A DNA stretch of 64,000 nucleotides from Polyangiales bacterium (lineage in GTDB: Bacteria; Myxococcota_A; Polyangia; Polyangiales; Houyiibacteriaceae), in assembly GCA_045106895.1 (NCBI GenBank), contig JBGCFM010000049.1:1-64000 (forward strand). The letters run 5' to 3'. This document shows, piece after piece, positions 1-8,224 of the stretch. Position 1 is the first letter of the stretch, and every line of letters starts with the position of its first letter. The notes beneath the pieces are model-generated. The model ran no database searches and was not told the DNA's origin. It saw only the letters and a program-made list of their open reading frames with translations. Both the position numbers and the translations under genes were made by a program.

Positions 1-1646
1 CTCTCGCTCTCGCTCTCGCTCTGCCCCTCCTCACATTTTACGCGCCGGTCAGCGCTCAGCTCGTCGACGTTGGAGACGGCGTTGAGCTCCCGCCACCGGC
101 GGGTGTACCGAATGGGTACGGCGCGGCCGTCGCCATCGACGGCGACTTCGCCATCGTCGGTGCCCCAGCGACGGGGAGCGGCACGGAGGCGGGCTCCGTG
201 TACGTATTTGACGGCGGGCTCTTGGTGCAGACCATCCGCTCCGGCGCCGGTGCGGGAGCGGCTTTTGGCGCATCCCTCGCCGTTCAGCCCGGGGAGCTTC
301 TTGTGGGCGCCCCTGGCGACCTCGGCGGAGCCGCCTACCTGTATGAGCGCGTCGACGGCGAGTACGAGTACGTGGACCGGCTCACTCCTTCAGCGCCCTC
401 CCGCGGGTTTGCGCAAGCGGTCGCTTTGCTCGGGTCCGCCGTCTACGTGAGCGCTCCTCTTGCAGACGTGGGCGGCGAGACTGGCAACGGCGCCGTTCAT
501 CGCTTCATCCCGAACGCGGGCGACTTGCGCGAAGCCCCGCGCATCGACGGCCCGGCCATCGCCAACGCTGGGTTCGGTCTCGGAATCGCAGCCGCCTCGG
601 GTCGTGTCCTCGTCGGTGCACCCCGTGCTGGGGCGAACGGCTCCGTGTACGTCTTCGACCGGGATGGGGCCCTCCAGGACACGATCACGCCCACGGATGT
701 CACCGTCGAACGCAACAGAGGGTTTGGCGAGATGATCGTCGCAGAGGGCGACCGCTTTGTGTCCACCGTGAGGGGGGACACCGACGACACCTTCGTGGGC
801 ACGGTGCTGATCTACGAGTTTGATGGCGCGTCGTGGAACGAAACACAGCGTCTTCGCCGGCCTGGGGCGAGTTTGTTTGGCTTGGACATTGCCCTCAGTG
901 GCTCCACGCTGCTCGTACGGGACTTCGACATGGGCGTCTCGCCCGTGTCGGTCTTTGTCTATCGATTCAGCGGAGGAGAGTGGCGCGAGGGCGGGGAGAT
1001 CATTTTGCCCGTCCGCTCCCTTCGATCAGCCGCCATCGACGGTCTAAGTGTGGTCGTCGGTCGGCAGGGGGGGCCAGACTCCGCCTTCCGCTACGCCCTC
1101 ACGCTTCTTCCTGACACGGATGACGACGGCGTCGCAGACGCGGACGACGAAGACGACGACAACGATGGCGTCCTCGACGGGGATGACACGGATCATCTGG
1201 ACCCGATGGTCTGCCGTGATACCGACGCCGACACCTGTGACGACTGTTCGACGGGCTCCGACGGCTTTGGGCCGATGTCGGACTTCGACCCGGCGATGGA
1301 CGGCCCCGACGACGACGACGACGGCGTCTGCGACGTGGGAGATCTCTGCACGGGCGACGATTCACTGGGCGACCCCGACGGCGATGGAGTCTGCGGAGAA
1401 GCGGGAGACGCTGACGCTGGCCCCATGGCTGACGCAGGCTCGGACGCCGGCCCAAGCGGTTCGGACGCGGGACCAAGCGGTTCGGACGCGGGCCCAAGCG
1501 GTTTGGATGGCGGCACCGCAGATGCGGGCTCAACGATGCCCCCCGAAGACAGCTCGGGTTGCGCCGTGGGCGGCAGCAGCTCGCCGACCTGGTTCGCCGC
1601 GTTCGCGCTGATGGCGCTTTGGCGACGTCGGCGAACACGACGCTGA
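1..1646 (+). CDS. Secreted FG-GAP-repeat beta-propeller protein with Asp-rich TSP3-like Ca-binding repeats and MYXO-CTERM-like tail (5' truncated by window edge)
   Basis: Frame is open from base 3 (LALALALPLLTFYAPVSA|QLVD..., signal-peptide-like), so the start lies before the listed 198. Repeats YGAAVAIDGDFAIVGAP, FGASLAVQPGELLVGAP, FGLGIAAASGRVLVGAP. DxDxDG-type repeats (DTDDDGVAD, DDDNDGVLD). C-terminus SSGCAVGG...WFAAFALMALWRRRR. Confidence 0.8.
   Translation, partial: LALALALPLLTFYAPVSAQLVDVGDGVELPPPAGVPNGYGAAVAIDGDFAIVGAPATGSGTEAGSVYVFDGGLLVQTIRSGAGAGAAFGASLAVQPGELLVGAPGDLGGAAYLYERVDGEYEYVDRLTPSAPSRGFAQAVALLGSAVYVSAPLADVGGETGNGAVHRFIPNAGDLREAPRIDGPAIANAGFGLGIAAASGRVLVGAPRAGANGSVYVFDRDGALQDTITPTDVTVERNRGFGEMIVAEGDRFVSTVRGDTDDTFVGTVLIYEFDGASWNETQRLRRPGASLFGLDIALSGSTLLVRDFDMGVSPVSVFVYRFSGGEWREGGEIILPVRSLRSAAIDGLSVVVGRQGGPDSAFRYALTLLPDTDDDGVADADDEDDDNDGVLDGDDTDHLDPMVCRDTDADTCDDCSTGSDGFGPMSDFDPAMDGPDDDDDGVCDVGDLCTGDDSLGDPDGDGVCGEAGDADAGPMADAGSDAGPSGSDAGPSGSDAGPSGLDGGTADAGSTMPPEDSSGCAVGGSSSPTWFAAFALMALWRRRRTRR
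1440..1502 (+). repeat. 21-bp tandem repeat x3 encoding SDAGPSG linker
   Basis: tcggacgccggcccaagcggt / tcggacgcgggaccaagcggt / tcggacgcgggcccaagcggt. Confidence 0.9.
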
Positions 1647-1709
1647 GCTCACGACAAACACTCTCCGCCTCGCCAGAACCAACCCCGTCGATCAGGATCT
1701 CCATGCCAC

Positions 1710-1974
1710 GTATGGCAACGCAGCGGACATGGACGCGGGATCAGATTCCGACGGCGGGCCTAGCGGTTTCGACGCCGGAGCAGATTCCGACGCTGGGCCT
1801 AGTGGGTTGCACGGAGGCACCGCAGACGCGGGCTCAACGACAGCGCCCGACGCTAGTTCCGGTTGTACAGTGGGCGGCAGCGGCTCGCCGAGCTGGTTCG
1901 TGGCCTTCGCTTTGGCAGGTTTCGTCTTCGTGCGGCGTCGGCGAAAGCGCTCGTGCGCGACTGAGAGATATTGA
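1710..1974 (+). pseudogene. Orphan diverged copy of the linker + MYXO-CTERM-like tail of the upstream gene (ORF 1729-1974, no signal peptide)
   Basis: GPSGLHGGTADAGSTTAPDASSGCTVGGSGSPSWFVAFALAGFVFVRRRR aligns with GPSGLDGGTADAGSTMPPEDSSGCAVGGSSSPTWFAAFALMALWRRRR of the upstream gene. The similarity is also visible at DNA level. Confidence 0.6.
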
Positions 1975-2006
1975 AGGGGCTCTCGTCCGATTCGTCGAGG
2001 CGCTAG

Positions 2007-3104
2007 CTACATCTCACGCCAGAGTGGCCGGGAACGCGACGGCGCGTCTTCATCGACGAGGTCGTCTTGCTCCCGGTCTTGGGCGTGCTCTTCCGCTGCC
2101 TGAGAGTCTTCGAAGACGACGAGTTCGCCCGCAGCGTCCACAAGGGTGATGTTCAAGGGGAGGTCGCTCGTCGCCCTTGGCCGCGGCATACGTAGCCGCC
2201 TTCTTCGACCCGCGGGGCCTCGAAGCGTTCCGTAGCGGGCGCGCCGGCCGGGGCTCGACCAATCGACCCACTGGGTGCGGCGAAGGCGCGCGTCCACATG
2301 AACAAAGGTGCTTCGAGGGTAGAAGCCACAGCCGGTGTGATCGATGCGCCGGCAGACCTCCCAGATGGTGCGGTTGGGCACGCCGGAGATACGAATGTCC
2401 GTCGCGCGCCCCTGCGTGTGGCGGCTCGTCTCACGCGTGTAGCCGCCTGCGGTGCGGTATCCGCTGACGATGCGAATCGGTCGTCCACCAAAGTGGTCGC
2501 TGATCTTGGCGAGGAGATACGCCAGGCGCGCGTTGGCCGGGGGTACCGTGTCGTCGTCGTGGCGACGCATCATATTGCCGAGGTCCTGAAGCGCGTCTTG
2601 GTGCACGCGTCCTTCGCCATCGACGAGCTGAAGCTCCGTGCGTTCGCTGCGTCGAATGAGCGTGACGCGTCCCGGATGTGTCGGGGCGCCGAAGTCCCGA
2701 TCGCTACGCTCAGCCGTGGTGTAGCCCGGCATGACGAGGCGCTGTCCCACCTGCAAGCCGCGTCCGCGGCGCAAGCGGTTGGCCCGTCGCAGCTCGCCTT
2801 GGCTCACGTTCACGCGCCGAGCGATGTGGGAGAGGGTTTCGCCACGTCGCACGAAGATCTCTCCCGCGTTTGGAATCCGTAGCACCTGCCCGAGGCGAAG
2901 CCGTGAGTTCCGTAGACGGTTTGCGGCCTTCAGGTCGTCGACGCTGACACGGTAGCGGCGAGCGATGCGCGCGAGGGTTTGGCCCTGACGGACGGTGTGC
3001 TCGCGGGCCAAGGCGCCGCTCGTCGCCCAAAAGAGGCCCGCCATCAAGAGGCCAAGGGCCAGGAGCGCTTGAAGCCAGCGCAGGTTCTTGAGGGGTGATT
3101 CCAT
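2007..3104 (-). CDS. LysM-repeat protein with peptidase M15A / DUF882 (YcbK-like) domain
   Basis: Signal peptide. LysM motifs HTVRQGQTLARIARRY and FVRRGETLSHIARR. M15 motifs IVSGYR, SRHTQGRATD, FVHVD. Confidence 0.85.
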   Translation of the reverse strand: MESPLKNLRWLQALLALGLLMAGLFWATSGALAREHTVRQGQTLARIARRYRVSVDDLKAANRLRNSRLRLGQVLRIPNAGEIFVRRGETLSHIARRVNVSQGELRRANRLRRGRGLQVGQRLVMPGYTTAERSDRDFGAPTHPGRVTLIRRSERTELQLVDGEGRVHQDALQDLGNMMRRHDDDTVPPANARLAYLLAKISDHFGGRPIRIVSGYRTAGGYTRETSRHTQGRATDIRISGVPNRTIWEVCRRIDHTGCGFYPRSTFVHVDARLRRTQWVDWSSPGRRARYGTLRGPAGRRRRLRMPRPRATSDLPLNITLVDAAGELVVFEDSQAAEEHAQDREQDDLVDEDAPSRSRPLWREM

Positions 3105-3225
3105 GGAGAGCTAGGTGAACAAGCGGGGCCTTTGTTGTGATTCCGGGCCGTAAAACACAGACCCGGGGCCCGCCGCGTCTTCGCGCGATAGCGGATTCGG
3201 CGAGCGACTGCTAGGTAGCAGCCCT

Positions 3226-3726
3226 ATGAAGTACCGCGTAGATATCGACGGAAGCGAACGAGAAGTCGATTTGCACTTCGCCGGCGACACGCCGGTGGTG
3301 ACATTGGATGGAAAGCCCGTCGACGCCGACGTGCGCAGGGTCGCAGGCGGTCTGAGCCTCATCCTCGATCACAAAGTCTACGACGTGATGCTCGGGGGCC
3401 CGGGAGATGCACTCGATGTAGCCTTCGGCACCGCACGAACGCGCGTATCTGTGATGAACGAGCGCCAGCGCGGCCGCCGCACGCGCGGTGGTGGCGGCCA
3501 AGGAGCAGGCGAACTTCGTGCCCCGATGCCTGGTCGAATCGTCGAGGTGAGCGTCGCCGTGGGCGATTCTGTGGAACCTGGGACGCCCCTCGTTGTCATC
3601 GAAGCCATGAAAATGCAGAACGAGCTTCGCTCGGAAGTTAGCGGCACCGTGAAGTCCGTCGATGTTGCGCCGGAGCAGAACGTGGAAAGCGGTGCGCTCC
3701 TCGTGGCCATCGACGTCGCGGGCTGA
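3226..3726 (+). CDS. Biotin carboxyl carrier protein (acyl-CoA carboxylase biotinylated subunit)
   Basis: APMPG...EAMKMQNE biotinylation motif. Confidence 0.9.
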   Translation: MKYRVDIDGSEREVDLHFAGDTPVVTLDGKPVDADVRRVAGGLSLILDHKVYDVMLGGPGDALDVAFGTARTRVSVMNERQRGRRTRGGGGQGAGELRAPMPGRIVEVSVAVGDSVEPGTPLVVIEAMKMQNELRSEVSGTVKSVDVAPEQNVESGALLVAIDVAG

Positions 3727-3736
3727 AGAGCGACCC

Positions 3737-4603
3737 TTGGCTGAGAATGAGACAGGCGAGGGCGGCGCGAACCTAGGCGCCGAAGCCGCCTCTGAGACGT
3801 CGCCGGAAGTTTCACCCGACCCTTCTTCGAACGGGCCGGCGAACGAGCCTGCGAAGGTAGCGTCGACGAAGAAAGGCGCGGCGGCGGAGAAGACCCGCTG
3901 GGGCATCTTCAAGAAGCATGACGTGCTCACGCAGCTCGTGCTCACGATGCCGGTCTTCCTCATCTACCACCTCGGTATCCTCCTCATGGATACGAGGAAC
4001 GGCGTCGACTTCGCGACGAACCTCTTCCTTGAGCTGCTCAACGCGAGCGTCTTCGGCTACGTCGTCGTCACGCTCGTTTTTGCCCTAGGGCTCATCCTCG
4101 TCGCGGCGCGGCTTCGGAAGACCAACCGCGTGCGTCTCCGCGTCTTTGTCCCGCTTCTCATCGAGAGTTCGGTCCTCGCCGTCGGCATGCTCGTCAGCGT
4201 CGGCTGGTTTGTGAGCCAGGTCTCCATGACGGCCGCGGCGAGCACACTTCAAAGCGGCCTTCCGCCGATGAATCTCTTCGAGAAAATCGTGATGAGCTGC
4301 GGTGCGGGCTTTCACGAAGAGCTCGTTTTCCGCGTCGTGATCTTTGGGGGCCTGCTCCTCGGCGCCCGCCTCCTCACAGACAAGCCCTGGCAGAAGCTCC
4401 TCTTCGCGGCGGTGGTCTCAAGCGTTCTCTTCTCCGGCGTTCACTACGTCGGCTCGCTCTCGGACTCCTTCACCTTCGTCAGCTTCTTCTTTCGTTTCCT
4501 CGCTGGCATCTACCTCTGCGCCGTGTACCGGCTCCGAGGGTTCGCCTACGCCGTCTACACGCACGCTATCTACGACGTGCTCGTGATGGTGTTCATTACG
4601 TGA
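3737..4603 (+). CDS. CPBP (type II CAAX/Abi) intramembrane glutamic protease, candidate myxosortase
   Basis: Multiple TM segments. Motifs HEELVFR, FSGVHY, HAIYD. TTG start at 3737 chosen to avoid overlap with the upstream gene. Confidence 0.8.
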   Translation: MAENETGEGGANLGAEAASETSPEVSPDPSSNGPANEPAKVASTKKGAAAEKTRWGIFKKHDVLTQLVLTMPVFLIYHLGILLMDTRNGVDFATNLFLELLNASVFGYVVVTLVFALGLILVAARLRKTNRVRLRVFVPLLIESSVLAVGMLVSVGWFVSQVSMTAAASTLQSGLPPMNLFEKIVMSCGAGFHEELVFRVVIFGGLLLGARLLTDKPWQKLLFAAVVSSVLFSGVHYVGSLSDSFTFVSFFFRFLAGIYLCAVYRLRGFAYAVYTHAIYDVLVMVFIT

Positions 4604-5982
4604 CTCGAGCGGTCTTAGTCCTGCTGCTCTGCGCCGCATCGACGGCCTCGGCGCAGAACGCGAACCCAGCCAACGACTGGCTTGTGGCGTTTCCCCTCTG
4701 CGCGATGGGCGATGACGCGTTCCAGGGGGGCGAGACAGCCGTGCTCTATCCGCGGCCAGGGCTCGCGGCGCTGCTTCACGGCGGCGAGACGCTGGTAACC
4801 CGCGTTCGTTTAGCGACGCCACTGACGCCGCCGCCTGGGCACCAACAAGAGAAGGCGCTGCGCGGCTGGTCCGTGGAGCTGCTGGGACGCGCGGGCCGGA
4901 TCACTCGCTCCAACGTGGAACACCGATACACACTGCGAGTCTCCGACGTGCGTCCCGATTCTCGGGCGGGCTTGGTGTATCGAGCCAGTATTCCTATTCC
5001 GCCTTGGGTCGCGCCGGGCACGTATGACGTTCGTCTCAAAGCTCCTGGCACCCGTGAGCACATGGTCGCTGTGGCTTCCCTTCGCGTGCTTCGCCCCGGC
5101 GCTGAGCCACGCGTTCAGCGATTGCCGAACGACGCCACCCGAGAGCAGCTCTCCCGCATCAGTGACGCACCCGTGGACGTTTGGTTCAGCGAAGGCACCG
5201 AAGCGTTGCGTTCTCCGCTCCAAGGCCAAGGCGTTCCGTGGGTTGACCTCACGGTTCAGGGGGTTGTCTTTCGAACCCAGAGCCATGCGTACTCGGTCGG
5301 CTCTTGCGATGACCCGCTGACGCGTTTCGAGGATTTGCGGCGCGTCGGCTTTTTGAATCGAGAGCTTCTTCCGGTTCCCGATGTCCCCATCACAATCTCC
5401 ACAAGCGTTCTGCAGCCTGGAACAACCTTCGAGCGAGCGGAGTCCCTCATCGTCTTCGCCGAGGGCTCGGAAGCTCTCTCAGTCGAAGGCGCCGAACACG
5501 TGTCATTTTGGCCCGGCACTCCGCCCACGCGGGCAGGGCACCGGGCGAGCGTCGTCGCGCTCATCGTTGGCGGCGGAGACGTCGAGATCGAGCCCGTCGC
5601 GCCTCAAGCATTCGACCCCACCGTGCAGGTGCCGGACGTCGTCGTCGCTGGTGATGCATTCGAAGTGAGCGCGCAGGGCGACGGACCCATGGGAGTCGCC
5701 TGGTCCTGGGAGGAGGACGGCGCTTCCTTTTCGTATGGCCCTTCTGAGCCGCTTCCGCTGACCCTGCGTCAAATGAGGAGACAGGTGCTTCGGCTCTGGG
5801 CCGTGGACGCTCAGGGCAACGTCGCCCGCAAAAGCGTCGTTCTTTTGGTGGAAACAGACCGTCCAGCGGCCAGTTGCTCCATGGGAACGCCCATTCCTCG
5901 TGGTTTTGCGTGGATCTTTGGCGCCTTGTTGGCCCTATGGTATGGCTCGCGGCGGGTGATTTCTTTATCCCCCGAGGAATAA
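4600..5982 (+). CDS. Secreted hypothetical protein with MYXO-CTERM-like C-terminus
   Basis: GTGA overlap with CPBP stop. Signal peptide (AASTASA|Q). Tail ASCSMG...FAWIFGALLALWYGSRR. Confidence 0.65.
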   Translation: MTRAVLVLLLCAASTASAQNANPANDWLVAFPLCAMGDDAFQGGETAVLYPRPGLAALLHGGETLVTRVRLATPLTPPPGHQQEKALRGWSVELLGRAGRITRSNVEHRYTLRVSDVRPDSRAGLVYRASIPIPPWVAPGTYDVRLKAPGTREHMVAVASLRVLRPGAEPRVQRLPNDATREQLSRISDAPVDVWFSEGTEALRSPLQGQGVPWVDLTVQGVVFRTQSHAYSVGSCDDPLTRFEDLRRVGFLNRELLPVPDVPITISTSVLQPGTTFERAESLIVFAEGSEALSVEGAEHVSFWPGTPPTRAGHRASVVALIVGGGDVEIEPVAPQAFDPTVQVPDVVVAGDAFEVSAQGDGPMGVAWSWEEDGASFSYGPSEPLPLTLRQMRRQVLRLWAVDAQGNVARKSVVLLVETDRPAASCSMGTPIPRGFAWIFGALLALWYGSRRVISLSPEE

Positions 5983-6016
5983 CCCGAGTGCTTCCGCTCG
6001 TTTGTGTCGAGGACCC

Positions 6017-6502
6017 ATGAATAGCCGTCTTCTTTTTGCTTTCGTCGCCCTTCAAGCCGTCTTCGGCGTTGGTTGCGCATCGGTCATTCCAAACACCAGC
6101 GTGGAAGACACTCCGGAGAACCGGGATGTGGTGTCATTTCTCGAGGAATACCGGCACGCCGTGGAAGCTCGAAATGTACGGCGCCTGCTGGATCTCGCCT
6201 CGCCGATGTACTTGGACGACAACGGAACTCCGAGCGGCGACGACGACCTCGACCACGATGGTCTAAGGGACAAGCTCGCTAGCTGGCGAGACCGAGTTCT
6301 CGACGTCCGCTACGACATCAAATATCGCCGAGTCACCTGGGAAGATACCCGCGTATTCGTCGAATATCGGTATACCGCTAGCTTTCGCGTGGCCACCGGA
6401 GACGGCGAAGATCGCTGGGCGCGCCGGGTCGCTGACAACCGAATCGTGCTCTCCCGGGACGACGAGGCGGACCAGCGCTTCCTGATTCTCGACGGGATGT
6501 AG
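6017..6502 (+). CDS. Lipoprotein, probable NTF2/SnoaL-like fold
   Basis: Lipobox GVGC. Helix pattern FLEEYRHAVEARNVRRLLDLASPMY followed by beta-strands. Confidence 0.65.
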   Translation: MNSRLLFAFVALQAVFGVGCASVIPNTSVEDTPENRDVVSFLEEYRHAVEARNVRRLLDLASPMYLDDNGTPSGDDDLDHDGLRDKLASWRDRVLDVRYDIKYRRVTWEDTRVFVEYRYTASFRVATGDGEDRWARRVADNRIVLSRDDEADQRFLILDGM

Positions 6503-6532
6503 TCGAGGCTTTCGGCGCCTGACTCCACCCCT

Positions 6533-6552
6533 TTTGTCGATATCGTCACAAA
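6533..6552. promoter_or_regulatory. Palindromic TGT-N10-ACA site (CRP/FNR-family or EBP-like operator)
   Basis: ttTGTCGATATCGTCACAaa, about 80 bp upstream of 6629. Right half TCACA is a perfect CRP half-site. Confidence 0.4.
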
Positions 6553-6628
6553 GCGACCAGTTCATTGATGATTGGGTTCACTTTCGAGTAAGCTGCTCGT
6601 TCTGGTGAGGTCTTAGAACCAGTCGACA

Positions 6629-8095
6629 ATGAGTGACGAAAAAAAACAGCTCGGACGAATCCTGCTCAAGCAGAAGCTCGTTACTCCAGGGGAGCTCAAC
6701 GAACTCCTTGAAGACCAGAAGGGCCTCCCTGGCCATCGTCTCGCGTCCGTCGCGGAACGCCAAGGCAAGGTCGGCGGCGAGGATCTGCTCAAGGCGCTGA
6801 GCGAGCAACTTGGACTCCCAGGCATCGACGTCGCCCAGGTGGTCGTCCCGCTCGAGAACCTTGAGCTCATTCCCCACGAGATCGCGCGGCAGCATCTCAT
6901 TCTCCCCATCCTTGTGAAAGACGACCGGATCTTTCTTGCGATGGCGGACCCCACAGATCGTCGCGTCATCGATGAGATCGAGTTCGTCGCTGGACGTCGG
7001 GTGTTTCCTTACGTGGCGCTGCACGATGCGCTCCTCGAGACCATCGACGAGGCGTATCGCATCGCGCAGCGAGGCGAGAAGCACTTCATCGGCGCCAATG
7101 TTCCCCGGGACTACCTTGCGTCGCTGGGCCTGAGCGTCGCCAAACGTTCCGAGCCACCCATGGCGCCGCCAGGAGTCGTGGCCGAGGACCCGCCGAAGGG
7201 GCTCGGCATCGAGGATATCGAGGATGAGCTTGGCATCGAGTCCTTCGCCCAGAAGAAGCTGACAACCGAACCCTTCGCTTCACAAGTCGCGCCGCTCCCG
7301 CCGCCCCCAGTCCGCGAGAAGAAGCCCGAGCAGGGCGCGAAGATTCTCGTCGTCGACGACGAGTCGGACATCCGCAAACTCCTGACGCGTGTCCTCTCCC
7401 AGAAGGGCTACGAAGTCATCGAAGCCGAGCGTGGTCTCGAGGCCTTAGAGAAGGTGCGAGACGACACGCCGGACATCATCCTTTTGGATGCGATGCTCCC
7501 CGAGGTTCACGGCTTCGATATCTGCCGCCGAATCAAGGGCAGCAAAAAGTACGGGCATATACCCGTCATCATGGTGAGCGCGATCTACCGCGGCTGGCGC
7601 GTCGCCGAGGACCTTAAGGCTTCCTATGGCGTCGACGCGTTCCTTGAGAAACCCTTCAAGATCAACGACGTCCTCAACCATGTGGAACGCGCCCTCGCGG
7701 GTCGCGCATCCACCGAGGATGAGGCCGAGGAGCTCGGGCTCGAAGCCGGCGGCCTCCTCGACGCGGGCATGGAGCTCTACCGCGCGGGTAACCTCGAAGG
7801 CGCCATCGCGAAGCTGAAAGAGGGCGTCGCCATCGACCCCCTCGCGTTCCAGCTTCATTACCACCTCGGGCTTCTATGCGGGCGCCGCGAGGACGTCTTT
7901 GACGCAATTCAGTACCTCGAAACCGCCGTAAGCCTTCAGCCCAGGAATTTCTCGGCGTTGAAGAACCTAGCCGTTTTGTACCAGCGGTCTGGTTTCAAGC
8001 ACAAAGCGACGGAGATGTGGGAGCGAGCACTGGCGCTGGCCCCCGATGACAAAACGAAGAAGGGCATCCGTGATCATCTGCTCACACTGCTCTGA
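6629..8095 (+). CDS. MshEN/T2SSE_N domain + response-regulator receiver + TPR protein
   Basis: QLGRILLKQKLVT..LLEDQ and RLAS..QGKV..LLKALSEQLG (MshEN-like), LAMADP, receiver LVVDD/ILLD/KPF, C-terminal TPR helices. Confidence 0.85.
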   Translation: MSDEKKQLGRILLKQKLVTPGELNELLEDQKGLPGHRLASVAERQGKVGGEDLLKALSEQLGLPGIDVAQVVVPLENLELIPHEIARQHLILPILVKDDRIFLAMADPTDRRVIDEIEFVAGRRVFPYVALHDALLETIDEAYRIAQRGEKHFIGANVPRDYLASLGLSVAKRSEPPMAPPGVVAEDPPKGLGIEDIEDELGIESFAQKKLTTEPFASQVAPLPPPPVREKKPEQGAKILVVDDESDIRKLLTRVLSQKGYEVIEAERGLEALEKVRDDTPDIILLDAMLPEVHGFDICRRIKGSKKYGHIPVIMVSAIYRGWRVAEDLKASYGVDAFLEKPFKINDVLNHVERALAGRASTEDEAEELGLEAGGLLDAGMELYRAGNLEGAIAKLKEGVAIDPLAFQLHYHLGLLCGRREDVFDAIQYLETAVSLQPRNFSALKNLAVLYQRSGFKHKATEMWERALALAPDDKTKKGIRDHLLTLL

Positions 8096-8224
8096 CAGAC
8101 TTGAATTCGACCACCCACCGACCATTCCCTATTTTAATCAAAGGTTTCGGCGTTTCTTCGCCTCTAACCTTCAACCAAAGTTGATGTCCCGGCGGGCCCG
8201 GATCATCTATAGTGAGCGCGCGCG

